Assembly (NCBI GenBank): GCA_964291415.2
Contig: OZ219920.1
Location: 384,001 to 448,000, forward strand
Origin: Alphaproteobacteria bacterium
Lineage (GTDB): Bacteria; Pseudomonadota; Alphaproteobacteria; SP197
DNA: 64,000 bases
Reading direction: 5' to 3'
This document shows, in pieces, positions 41,000 through 50,443 of the stretch. The translations under genes were made by a program, and so were the position numbers. Each line of letters starts with the position of its first letter. The stretch's first letter is position 1. The notes under the pieces are model-generated. The model was not told where the DNA came from. It saw only the letters and a program-made list of their open reading frames with translations, and searched no databases.

Positions 41000-41613
41000 C
41001 GTGTTTCCTCCATTGGCGAGTAGCGCCAGAACTCAATCGACTGAATCTCACCTGCGGCAATGAGGACTCCCTTCTCATTGCTCGTCGTCCAGTTGTTGTC
41101 GTCGTCCACATCATAGATCCACTGGATGTAGATATCACGCTCGCTGGGTTCGGAGGACATGAACGAGTTCTTCCCGCAGAATCCGGCGAAGCGGGTGCCG
41201 TCCTTGAGGGTGACGAGAACCCACTGTTCGGGCATGCCGGAGAACTTCCAGTCCCAGGCAGTCGGCATGACGTGGACCGGATTGAGACCCATTCGCTGCA
41301 GCAGGCCCCGCACCAGGTTGCGTTGCACGTCGATCCCCAGCAGGAGGCCAAGGAGTGCCGGCCCGAGGATCACCAGCGCGAACCACGTCACAACAGGGTA
41401 GGTCCCGGACATGACGACGAGCGATTCGAGCTCAACGAACGGAAGCGCGAGTGCATAGTAGATGACCGACACGGTCAGATAGCTCAGCAGCGAATCCGAA
41501 TGGGACGGGCGCCGCCCGGCCACGAACTGCGATCGAACGAACAGCACGATGAGGCCCGGAACGATGAATCCCAGGGTCAAGGCGACGTCGTCGAACGAAA
41601 CGGATTCCAGCAC
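40996..41613 (-). CDS. DUF6338-like membrane protein
   Basis: FIVPG, three TM helices, PTAWDWKF, WVLVTLKDG, SSEPSERDIYI, GVLIAAGEIQSIEF. Confidence 0.75.
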   Translation of the reverse strand: MLESVSFDDVALTLGFIVPGLIVLFVRSQFVAGRRPSHSDSLLSYLTVSVIYYALALPFVELESLVVMSGTYPVVTWFALVILGPALLGLLLGIDVQRNLVRGLLQRMGLNPVHVMPTAWDWKFSGMPEQWVLVTLKDGTRFAGFCGKNSFMSSEPSERDIYIQWIYDVDDDNNWTTSNEKGVLIAAGEIQSIEFWRYSPMEETR

Positions 41614-41909
41614 GGATCAGAGGGTCCCGATCCCAACAATTGAGCCAGGCGACGCAGACCATGCCACCATCTCGTGGTGAATTCCATGGGACGGCGGACC
41701 CGGCTCCGGCACGCTACTTCAGACCTTCCCTCAAGACACGAGCCACGCGACTGGAACGGAACCAGACTATCGCTCCCCGGGGGCGTCTGCATGAACATTC
41801 CCGGCGTTCTTGCGTGAGGAGAGGCTTGTGTCACGACGCGGGGTGTGTTCTGAAACAGGAAAGTCCTGTGACTGTGTATCTTGACCTGCCAACCGCTGGA
41901 GGAATGCGA

Positions 41910-43127
41910 ATGGTCAAGGAAAGCGATCTGAGCGAGGCGTCTCGCAATTCCTTCCTGACTCAATACACGTTCGAGGTGTTCGAAGATCGGCCATGGACCG
42001 AACCGCCGCCGAAGTCCGAAAGACGCGTGGCGATCGTGTCCACGGCGGCCATCCATGCGCCCGAAGACCAGCCGTTCGGATTCGGTGCCCATGATTTTCG
42101 GACCTTTCCGCGAAACCAGCGGCAGTTCCTGTGCAGCCACAATTCCGTCAACTGGGATCGAACCGGCATGATGCGTGACATCAATGTCGCGTATCCGATC
42201 GACCGGCTCGAGGAGATCTGCGAGGAAGGCGGCGTCGGCTCCGTGGCCGACCTGCACTACGCTTTCAACGGCGGCACCGATGACGTCGCCAAGTATGAGG
42301 CACACGCCAGGCGAGCCGCGGCCGCGATGAAGGCCGACGGCGTCAACACGGTCGTACTCGTTCCCGTCTGACCAGGATGCACGCGCGCCGTGGGCGGGCT
42401 TGCACATTATCTGGAGCGGGAGGGACTTGCGACGGTCAACATCGCCCTGGTCTACAGGCACGCCGCTGTCGCTCAACCCTCACCACGCGCCCTTTGGGTG
42501 CCGTTCTGGTATGGTCGCCCCCTGGGCGCGCCGAACGAGCCCGCGCTGCAGCGTCGGGTGCTGAACGCCACGATGGCGTTGCTCGATGAACCTGGCGACA
42601 GGCTCTTGAAGGAGTTTTCGCAAGATGCGCCGCCGACGGCAGGCGCGTTGGATTGGCGGCCGCCATTTGATCTGCCGCGCGTTGAAGAAGATGGCGATCG
42701 CAAGGCTCTGGCAGACGCCTTGCGCGATGAAGTCGCCATCATGGCGGCTCGCCACGAAGAGGCGAAAGCCAGGCGGAACAGCAGTTTCGTCGGGCTGAGC
42801 GGACTCTCCCTGGCAGGCGTTGCAGACGTGCTCATCGGTTTTCTCCACGCACGCGAAGAGACAATCACGTCGACCAATCGCCCCGGCCTTGCCTTGAAGT
42901 TCGGTGCGCAGGAATTGGTTGACGCCTATGCGGAATGCGTGATCGCGGCCGGCGGCGCGGACTCGCCCTTTGGGTTCCGCCGCTGGTACTGGCACGAGAC
43001 GACGGCGGGTTTGACAGTGCGCCACCTGGCCGAAATCGCGAAAATCTCGACTGACTATCGGGCCCGGATGGCTGCGCGCTTCCAGTCCTTGCTCCCCAGA
43101 GAATGGGACTTTGTGCCTGGTTCCTGA
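41910..43127 (+). CDS. PrdB/GrdB-like reductase selenoprotein; in-frame UGA 42369-42371 read as Sec
   Basis: RRVAIVSTAA, SHNSVNWDRTGMMRDINVAYPIDRL, VVLVPV-U-PGCTRAVGGLAHYLEREG; both ORFs share a frame; UxxC motif; downstream hairpin. Confidence 0.82.
42378..42404 (+). promoter_or_regulatory. Candidate bacterial SECIS hairpin
   Basis: TGCA...CGCC-GTG-GGCG...TGCA; apical loop G lies 19 nt after the UGA. Confidence 0.55.
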
Positions 43128-43399
43128 CTGAAGTCTGACGTGTGCCGAGGAAAGGCGCGCGCCAGACTGCAGTTGGCGCATGCTGAGTGAACTGCGTCGG
43201 GTCCCTTCCGTCAGGGGACCGGTCTCCTCGAAGACCGCTCGCACCGCGGCAGCCCATCACAGGCCGTCTCGAAGACGGGCGTATTCTGGACGCCCACCGC
43301 GCCGGGCGAGTCGGGCCATGGGATTGTGGTTGAAGTTGACGGGCGTCGCCAGGGGACGCCATATTGGCTGTGGTCCAGCGAGTGGGGAGAGCCTCCATC

Positions 43400-43819
43400 G
43401 TGGTTCCGACACGCAGGGATGTCTTGCTGGCGAGCGCGTCCATCGTCGGCGCCGCGCTGATCCCCGTCGGCGTGGCCCACGCCTCGAACAACGTCTTCGA
43501 GGCGATTGACGCGTTCACCGGCGGCGCGCCGCGCCTGGAAGGGGGCATGCTGATCGATGCGCCGGAAATCTTCGACAACGGCGGCGCTGTGCCGATCCGG
43601 GTCGTCGCCGAGGGTGCGCGGCGCATCGCGCTCTTCAACGACGGGAACCCCAATCCCGGCGTTGCGGTGTTCTCGTTCGGCAGGCTCGTGCGGCCGGAAG
43701 CGACGATCCGTATCCGCCTGGCCCGCAGCCAGACCGTGTATGCCGTGGCGGAAATGGCGGACGGCACGTTCCGCGAGGCGTCCCAGAAGATCGCGGTGAC
43801 GGTCGGCGGCTGCGCCTGA
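43400..43819 (+). CDS. soxY: Sulfur carrier protein SoxY
   Basis: Tat signal TRRDVL; APEIFDNGGAVP, NPNPGVA, C-terminal VTVGGCA. Confidence 0.9.
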   Translation: MVPTRRDVLLASASIVGAALIPVGVAHASNNVFEAIDAFTGGAPRLEGGMLIDAPEIFDNGGAVPIRVVAEGARRIALFNDGNPNPGVAVFSFGRLVRPEATIRIRLARSQTVYAVAEMADGTFREASQKIAVTVGGCA

Positions 43820-43829
43820 GGAGCGGGCG

Positions 43830-44156
43830 ATGGCGGAACCCAGGCCGCGCGTGAAGCTGCCAAGGTCGATCGAGGCGGGCGTCCCGTTCACGGTCAAGAC
43901 CCGCATCACCCATCCGATGCACACGGGGGAGCGCCACGACAGCGACGGTGTGCTCGTGCCCCGCCAGATCATCAATCGCTTCGAGGTGAGCTACAACGGC
44001 GAGCTGGCGATTTCCGTCGATCTGGAGCCTGCGGTCTCGGCCGATCCCTACGTCCAGTTCGAGATGGCCGTACCGGAATCGGGCCATCTGGAATTCCAGT
44101 GGTTCGACGATGATGGCTCCGTCTACAGCCTCAGCAAGCGGGTTGACGTCGACTAG
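43830..44156 (+). CDS. soxZ: Sulfur carrier protein SoxZ
   Basis: ITHPMHTGER, PRQIINRF, AVSADPY, WFDDDG. Confidence 0.9.
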   Translation: MAEPRPRVKLPRSIEAGVPFTVKTRITHPMHTGERHDSDGVLVPRQIINRFEVSYNGELAISVDLEPAVSADPYVQFEMAVPESGHLEFQWFDDDGSVYSLSKRVDVD

Positions 44157-44898
44157 GGCCGCCGCGCGACGTCGGCCGGCGGGCCTTGCGGCATGTCTGG
44201 CCTCGGGGCTGCTCGCGTTGACGCTGCTGCTGGTGTTCCAGGCCGCCGGCGTATGGAGCGACGACGGCGACCGCGGCAAGGAGCTTTTTGGCCAGTGCAA
44301 GCGCTGCCACCAGGTGGGCAGCGGCGCGGCGCATCGGATCGGCCCTCACCTCAACGATGTCTTTGGCCGCGCTGCCGGCTCGCTCGCAGGCTTCCGCTAC
44401 TCTCCAGCGATGCGCAAGGCCGGTGCCGGCGGCCTGGTCTGGGACGATGCGACCCTCGATGCCTTCCTTGCCGATCCGAACGCCTTTGTGCCACGCTCGC
44501 GCATGAGCTTCGCTGGCATGGAGGGTACGGACGACAGAGCTGCGCTGCTTGCGTGGCTGCAAGGCTATTCCGGCGGCCGCGCCGATCTGCCGCCAGCGGA
44601 GCCAACGGCCACGCCCGAGGAATACGGCCTCGATCCCGCGATTCTCGCCATGGCGGGAGACCCGGAATACGGCGCCTATCTGGCGGGAGAGTGCACCACC
44701 TGCCACCGGACGGACGGCGCCGACAAGGGCATTCCCTCGATTGTGGGATGGCCGGTCGACGACTTCGTGATAGCCTTGCATGCCTACAAGCGAGGAACGA
44801 GGGTCCATGCCGTGATGCAGATGGTGGCTGGGCGCTTGTCGGACGAGGAGATCGCCGCCCTCGCTGCACATTTTCAAGAGGCGGAAGGCAATCCGTGA
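44143..44898 (+). CDS. Diheme c-type cytochrome (SoxE-like)
   Basis: Two CxxCH motifs (CKRCH, CTTCH); IGPHLN; start approximate. Confidence 0.85.
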   Translation: MTSTRAAARRRPAGLAACLASGLLALTLLLVFQAAGVWSDDGDRGKELFGQCKRCHQVGSGAAHRIGPHLNDVFGRAAGSLAGFRYSPAMRKAGAGGLVWDDATLDAFLADPNAFVPRSRMSFAGMEGTDDRAALLAWLQGYSGGRADLPPAEPTATPEEYGLDPAILAMAGDPEYGAYLAGECTTCHRTDGADKGIPSIVGWPVDDFVIALHAYKRGTRVHAVMQMVAGRLSDEEIAALAAHFQEAEGNP

Positions 44899-44915
44899 AC
44901 CAAGGAGAGCGAGTG

Positions 44916-46202
44916 ATGCGCAAACAGAACGGAAAGAGTGATCTGAGCCGCCGTGGATTCCTTGCATCCGCGGCCGCAGCGACAGCGGCGGCATCGGCGC
45001 CAGCGGTGCTCGCCGAGGGGCGCCCCCGCGTCGTGGTCGTAGGCGGAGGCGCGGGCGGCGCGACGGCTGCGCGCTACATCGCCAAGGATTCGAATGGTGC
45101 CGTGGACGTGACGCTCGTGGAGCCGAGTCGTACCTACTACACCTGCTTCTTCTCGAATCTCTTTATCGGTGGCTTTCGCGAGTGGGCGTCGATCGGACAC
45201 AGCTACGGCGCGCTGGCAGCCAATCACGGCATCAACGTCGTGCACGACTGGGCGGTCTCCGTCGACCGCGACGAGCGGAGCGTCGGGCTCGCCGGCGGCG
45301 GCAGCCTCGCCTACGACCGCCTCATCCTGTCGCCCGGCATCGACTTCCGTGACGGCTCGGTTCCCGGTTGGGACCTGTCGCAGCAGAATCGCATGCCGCA
45401 CGCCTACAAGGCGGGCTCGCAGACTCAGCTTCTGAAGGCGCAGATCGAGGCCATGCCGGAGGGCGGCACCTATTGCATGGTGGCGCCGCCCAATCCGTTC
45501 CGCTGCCCGCCGGGGCCCTATGAGCGGATCTCGATGGTGGCTCACGTGCTGAAGCAGGCCAATCCGACGGCGAAGATCATCATCGTCGATCCCAAGGAGA
45601 AATTCTCCAAGCAGGGGTTGTTCGAAGAGGGTTGGCAGCGCCATTACCCCGGCATGATCGAGCGCATCGGCCCGGACTTCGGCGGCGACATGGTCGAGGT
45701 CAGGCCGGAGGCCATGGAGGTCGTGGTGGACGGCGAGGCCATGAAGGTGGACGTCTGCAACGTCATCCCGGCGCAGCAGGCGGGGCGCATCGCGGCGGCG
45801 GCGGGCATCACCGACGACTCCGGCTGGGCGCCGATCGTGCCGCACACCATGCAGAGCAGGGCCGACGAGAACATCCACGTGCTGGGCGATGCCGCGCTGC
45901 AGGGCGATATGCCGAAGTCGGGCTTCTCGGCCAACAGCCAGGCGAAGGTCTGCGCCATGGCGGTGCGCGGTGCGCTCACCGGATCCTCGGTGTTCCCGCC
46001 GCGTTTCTCCAACACGTGCTGGTCGCTCATCGCCACCGGCGACGGCGTCAAGGTCGGCGCCTCCTACGAAGCGACAGACGAGAAGATTGCCAAGACCGAT
46101 GGCTTCATTTCCCAGACCGGGGAAAGCGCGGAGCTGCGCCAGGCGACCTACGAGGAGTCGCTTGGCTGGTACGACGGCATGACCGCCGACATGTTCAGCT
46201 AG
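44916..46202 (+). CDS. soxF: Flavocytochrome c sulfide dehydrogenase flavoprotein (SoxF/FccB)
   Basis: Tat signal SRRGFL; VVVVGGGAGG, TCFFSN, FRCPPGPYER, MPKSGFSANSQAK, NTCWS. Confidence 0.92.
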   Translation: MRKQNGKSDLSRRGFLASAAAATAAASAPAVLAEGRPRVVVVGGGAGGATAARYIAKDSNGAVDVTLVEPSRTYYTCFFSNLFIGGFREWASIGHSYGALAANHGINVVHDWAVSVDRDERSVGLAGGGSLAYDRLILSPGIDFRDGSVPGWDLSQQNRMPHAYKAGSQTQLLKAQIEAMPEGGTYCMVAPPNPFRCPPGPYERISMVAHVLKQANPTAKIIIVDPKEKFSKQGLFEEGWQRHYPGMIERIGPDFGGDMVEVRPEAMEVVVDGEAMKVDVCNVIPAQQAGRIAAAAGITDDSGWAPIVPHTMQSRADENIHVLGDAALQGDMPKSGFSANSQAKVCAMAVRGALTGSSVFPPRFSNTCWSLIATGDGVKVGASYEATDEKIAKTDGFISQTGESAELRQATYEESLGWYDGMTADMFS

Positions 46203-47229
46203 GCCCGCCGGCGGCGAGGCGCAGGCCGACCGCTCTCGCAGAGACCGCCATGGCCGCCAGCGCCAGCAGGGCGGCAAGGCTTGCCGTCGAGACGCCGGAA
46301 AGACCGGCGCCGACGGTGCAGCCGCCCGCCAGCACGCCACCTGTGCCCATCATCACCGCGCCGGCGAGGTAGCGCCCGGTCTGCCGCGGCCCTTCCAGGC
46401 TCCGCCACTGGAACTCGCCTGCCGCCAGCGCCGCGGCCAGGCTGCCGAGAAGGACGCCCGCCACGAGGCCGGTGCCGAAGCCTGCCGGTATCGAGGTTGC
46501 CGCCACGGTCCAGAACAGCGTGTCGGCCATCGGCCCCGTGAAGCCCATGGACTGCACGGGGATTGGATCGAAATCATCCAGCAGCACAAGGCCCGTGCCG
46601 ATCCAGCCCAGCGGCACCAGCAGCCCGATCGCGCCCGCCATGGCCAAATGGGAGATTTTCGCGCGCGAGAGGAGCGCGCAGACGAGCGCCGCGCCCGCGA
46701 TCAGGAGCGGCCAGACCTCGCCACCGGGCCAGGCCGAGAGCGCCACCGCATCGCCTCCGGGAAGGGTTGCGTCGCCGAGCGCCTCGCGGACCGGCGCCAG
46801 CGCGCCCTTCATCACCGCGTGGGCCGTGATGGCGAAGACGACGAGGACGAGCAGGGCGCGCAGATTGCCGGTGCCGACCAGCACCGTGAGCCGTGAGACG
46901 CAACCGCCTGTCAGCACCATGCCGGCCCCGAAGAGCGCACCTCCCAGCAGTGCGGAAGCGACCGGCAGGTCGGAGGAGAGAAACCGGTGTGCCTCGAAGG
47001 AGATCAGGTCAAGGGCGACGGCCAGCCGGGTGCCGACAATTGCGCACGCGAGCGCCATCACCCAGGTACCCAGCGCCGGCAGGCAGTCGCGCCACTGACC
47101 CACCAGGCTGCGGCGCAGGCAGAAGGCGCTCCGCTGTGCCAGCGCACCGTAGGCGCAGCCCAGCACCAGACCCAGCAGCACGGAGGCCCCGAGCGGCGTC
47201 AGTTCCTCGAATCCCAGCTCCTCGAACAA
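46195..47229 (-). CDS. YeeE/YedE sulfur-compound transporter
   Basis: RSAFCLRR, GGALFGAGMVLTGGCVSR, GGVLAGGCTVGAGLSG. Confidence 0.9.
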   Translation of the reverse strand: MFEELGFEELTPLGASVLLGLVLGCAYGALAQRSAFCLRRSLVGQWRDCLPALGTWVMALACAIVGTRLAVALDLISFEAHRFLSSDLPVASALLGGALFGAGMVLTGGCVSRLTVLVGTGNLRALLVLVVFAITAHAVMKGALAPVREALGDATLPGGDAVALSAWPGGEVWPLLIAGAALVCALLSRAKISHLAMAGAIGLLVPLGWIGTGLVLLDDFDPIPVQSMGFTGPMADTLFWTVAATSIPAGFGTGLVAGVLLGSLAAALAAGEFQWRSLEGPRQTGRYLAGAVMMGTGGVLAGGCTVGAGLSGVSTASLAALLALAAMAVSARAVGLRLAAGGPS

Positions 47230-47385
47230 TGGCGCGTCCTCCTGCCGGCAACGTTCATGTCAATCGGGGACGAGTGCGGCCAGACACGGTAGCGCGTAAC
47301 CGGTCGAAATCGTAGGCCCTGTCGGCCAGCGAGCAGGGCATGAGCCGTCATGCGTCCGGACCGAGGGAGAGGCGCGGTGCCTCGA

Positions 47386-48387
47386 TCAGCCCGGCTTGCG
47401 CGCCTCGTGGAAGTACATCGGGGTGAAGATCCCGAGGCGACCGGCCGCCACCAGGCTGTCGGCGGCGCCGTTGAGAACTTCCGATACAGCGAACGATCCC
47501 TTCGGCACGGCGCGCACGGTCTCGAGCAGGCGGAGCGCCGTCGAGGTGACCCTGCGGCCGAGCGCCGTCCGCGGAAATCCCTTGAGCGTCAGGCCGTTGC
47601 CTTCCAGCGGTCGGTACCACGGCGTCGCGGGATCAGCGTCGAATGCGCGGTCACGCGTCTCGATGCTCTCGAAGCCGGTCGCGCGCAACCCGTCACAGAC
47701 CTCTGCGAAGGAAGCGATTTCCGGCAGAGCGTTGCCGCACTCGATGCCCTTCTTGAGCTCCTGGTGCACCGGGTCGCCGCTGTCGTAGAGCGAGGTCATG
47801 CACCAGTCGTAGCCGGCGAATGCCGCCCCGGGACGCAGCACCCGGAATATCTCGCGATAGACCGCCGTCTTGTCGGGTGCATGAGGGATGGCCTCGACAT
47901 GGTAGGCTGCGTCGAAGCTCAGGTCCTGCGCCGGTATCGCCATGAAGTCGCCGTGGAGCACGCTGCACAGATCCTCGAGCCCGGCCTGGCCGTTGTAGGC
48001 GGCACACTTGCCGATCTGGTACTCGCTGATGTTGAGCCCGACGATCTCGGCGCCGAATCTCCTGGCGAGGGCGCGCTGGGGACCGCCCACGCCGCAGCCG
48101 ACATCCAGCACCCGCATGCCGGGCGCGAGCCCGAGGGCCTTGCCCAGGTAGTCCTGGTGGTCGGCCATGGCTTCCTCGAAGGATGCCCCGTCCCGTGCCG
48201 GGGCGAAGTGAAACGACTGGCCCCAGCCGTACTCGTAGAAATCGGTGATCAGGTCGTAGAACGTCTCCACCATGGCGGCATGTTCTTGCCTGCCCCGGCG
48301 CTGGCTGTCGCGGTAGCGCGCCAGCACGTCGGCGGTGTCCTCGGGCCGGACCGCCCGGGAGATCGGGTTGTGGAACTCAGTCGCCAT
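47386..48387 (-). CDS. Sterol 24-C-methyltransferase homolog (ERG6/SMT family)
   Basis: FYEYGWGQSFHFAP, LDVGCGVGGP, VEAIPHAP, LRPG...YDW, C-terminal GIFTPMY...ARKP. Confidence 0.88.
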   Translation of the reverse strand: MATEFHNPISRAVRPEDTADVLARYRDSQRRGRQEHAAMVETFYDLITDFYEYGWGQSFHFAPARDGASFEEAMADHQDYLGKALGLAPGMRVLDVGCGVGGPQRALARRFGAEIVGLNISEYQIGKCAAYNGQAGLEDLCSVLHGDFMAIPAQDLSFDAAYHVEAIPHAPDKTAVYREIFRVLRPGAAFAGYDWCMTSLYDSGDPVHQELKKGIECGNALPEIASFAEVCDGLRATGFESIETRDRAFDADPATPWYRPLEGNGLTLKGFPRTALGRRVTSTALRLLETVRAVPKGSFAVSEVLNGAADSLVAAGRLGIFTPMYFHEARKPG

Positions 48388-48419
48388 GGCCAAATGCTCC
48401 GCACGGGCGTTCGGCAAGC

Positions 48420-48740
48420 CCGTCAGGTTGGAAGTATCCGTACCGCGCACACATCCTGCCCGGCGTGTCGTCTTCCGCAACCCCCGGAGGGCTTCGCCGG
48501 CAGATCTTCCCCTGCCAGATCGCCACGTCCGGTTCCCGATTGAGCAGGACACCGGGATCCGGTGGGCAGCGAACCGGCGGCAGGTCACCCGCCGCTTCAG
48601 CGGTTCAACCGGGGAGTGGGTCCGGAACATCGCTATCTCGCCGATGCCGGGTACGTGGAAATCGAACTTCATGAGACTCCCCGGGCCAGGAAAGGTGATC
48701 GACGCCCTGGATCGCGTATTCTCGAGGACCGGTTTCCCCT
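48420..48740 (-). pseudogene. C-terminal remnant of a KshA/Neverland-like Rieske sterol oxygenase
   Basis: ITFPGPGSLMKFDFHVPGIGEIAMFRTHSPVEPL...FAAHRIP, then frameshifted DVAIWQGKICRRSP...EDD...RYGYF. Confidence 0.55.
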
Positions 48741-48788
48741 ATGCTCTGTCAAATGTATATCAGTGGTGGAAACCGCCTTCATTACAAT

Positions 48789-49811
48789 ATGATAGAGCAG
48801 ACCATGCTTACAGAAATCAACAACGCCCAAAGACGCCAGTTCGTCGATGTGGTGCAGATATTCGAGGCGTGGGAAGACTCCAGAGCCGAGCTCGCGCGAC
48901 GCTTCGCCGGGTCCATGCGGTGGGCGGAGCGGAAAGGGCACGTTTACCTGTTGCGAAAGCAAGCCAGCCGCGAAGCTTCCCTTGGCCGGAAGACCGGGAA
49001 GACCGAGGAGATCTACCGTGCGTTCCGCGAGGGCCGGGATGCAGAGCGGCACCGATACAAGGAGCTGGGTGCGCGCCTCGAGGAAATGGCGCCGGTGAAC
49101 CGGGCGCTGCGTCTGAACCGCGTTCCGCTCACCACTGCCCGGATTCTCCGCCACCTGGCGAGCGCACAGGTTCTCGGGCGGAACATCTCGGTGGTTGGCA
49201 CCAACAGCCTCTACCTCTACGAGGCGCTGGCCGGCGTCCAGCTGAGGAGCGACCTGCTTGCGACCGGTGACGTCGACCTTCTCTGGGACGCCCGCCAGAG
49301 CCTGAGCCTGTCCGTGAGTGACTTCCGCCGCGAGGGTGTCATCGGCTATCTCAAGCGCGCGGACCGGTCGTTCCGACGCAGCAGAGGTCAGCAATTCCGC
49401 GCCGTCAACCGGCATGGCTTCATGGTTGATCTGATCCCTCCGGTCGGAGACCTGCTGCCGGCCAGCGAAGAAGACCTGGTCGGAGCAGGCATGGAGGGCC
49501 TGGAGTGGCTCGTCAATGCGCCGAAGGTGGACGGTGTCGTCATCGGCGAAGATGGCATTCCGCTTCGATGCTGGTCCGTGGATCCACGTGCCTTCGCCTT
49601 GCACAAGGCCTGGGTGGCGCGGCGGGCCGACCGCGAGCCGGTCAGGCGCAATCGCGACCGGGCCCAGTCGCGGGAAGTGGCGCGGATAGCCGGACAGTAC
49701 CTGGGAATGGAAATGTCGGATTCGGCGCTTTGCGCACTGCCTTCATTCATGCGCGCGTTCGCCGACGATCTCTCCCGCTCTCGCCAGGACGGGATCCATG
49801 ATGATCCCTGA
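48789..49811 (+). CDS. Nucleotidyltransferase-like protein (GSU2403-type)
   Basis: GSMRW, SLG, VVGTNSLYLYE, ATGDVDLLWD, DPRAFALHKAW. Confidence 0.75.
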   Translation: MIEQTMLTEINNAQRRQFVDVVQIFEAWEDSRAELARRFAGSMRWAERKGHVYLLRKQASREASLGRKTGKTEEIYRAFREGRDAERHRYKELGARLEEMAPVNRALRLNRVPLTTARILRHLASAQVLGRNISVVGTNSLYLYEALAGVQLRSDLLATGDVDLLWDARQSLSLSVSDFRREGVIGYLKRADRSFRRSRGQQFRAVNRHGFMVDLIPPVGDLLPASEEDLVGAGMEGLEWLVNAPKVDGVVIGEDGIPLRCWSVDPRAFALHKAWVARRADREPVRRNRDRAQSREVARIAGQYLGMEMSDSALCALPSFMRAFADDLSRSRQDGIHDDP

Positions 49812-50107
49812 CCCCATCAGGATCAACGGTGAGCCCGTTGCTGCTCTGGTCTTGGCAGTCGGCAGGGGCTGCATTCGTTGCGGCGCACGCACGCGCAGAT
49901 GAGGCGCGCTTCGCGACTGTCCGGAATCAGACGATGGCCGGGGCTCTGTTCCAGTTGAGCGGACCGCGGGGAACAACGGTGTTGAACCCGGCTTCGAGCC
50001 GTGTCGCGTGGCCTGATGGGGCGCGATCTCCATACTCGGAGACATCGGGAATTGGCGTGGCACGATGCGGGTGATGATCGCAATCCGCAACGTGTGCCGA
50101 CGGCGTG

Positions 50108-50443
50108 TCAGGAGACGTCGAGTTCGAGGCGCTCGTTGATCCACAGGGCGTTGTCGCGGTGATCGGCGATGAAGTTGCCGGTCTCCGGGTGGATGAGGAT
50201 GGAGAGACCCTGGTGATTGAGGCTGAGCCAGGGGACCAGGCTGGCGAACTCGCCGGCGGGGAACTCCGCCATGAACATGGGCCTGGGGTGGGGACCGACC
50301 GGCTCGTCTCTCATGCGTCCGAGACGGACGTCGAATCTGGAACCGATCTCCTCGCGCAGCAGGAGCGCCTGGTCGCGGGTTTCGGGGTCATAGCTGACAT
50401 GGGCGTGCCAGAGCGTGATGTCACCCGGATCGTCGAAGGTCAT
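50108..50443 (-). CDS. DOPA 4,5-dioxygenase-family protein
   Basis: WHAHVSY, PVGPHP, WLSLNHQGLSILIHP, DH...ALW. Confidence 0.88.
   Translation of the reverse strand: MTFDDPGDITLWHAHVSYDPETRDQALLLREEIGSRFDVRLGRMRDEPVGPHPRPMFMAEFPAGEFASLVPWLSLNHQGLSILIHPETGNFIADHRDNALWINERLELDVS

Noticed and set aside
47386-48672. 428-aa version of the sterol methyltransferase
   Set aside because: The extension derives from the upstream Rieske remnant; the SMT-like sequence begins at ATG 48387
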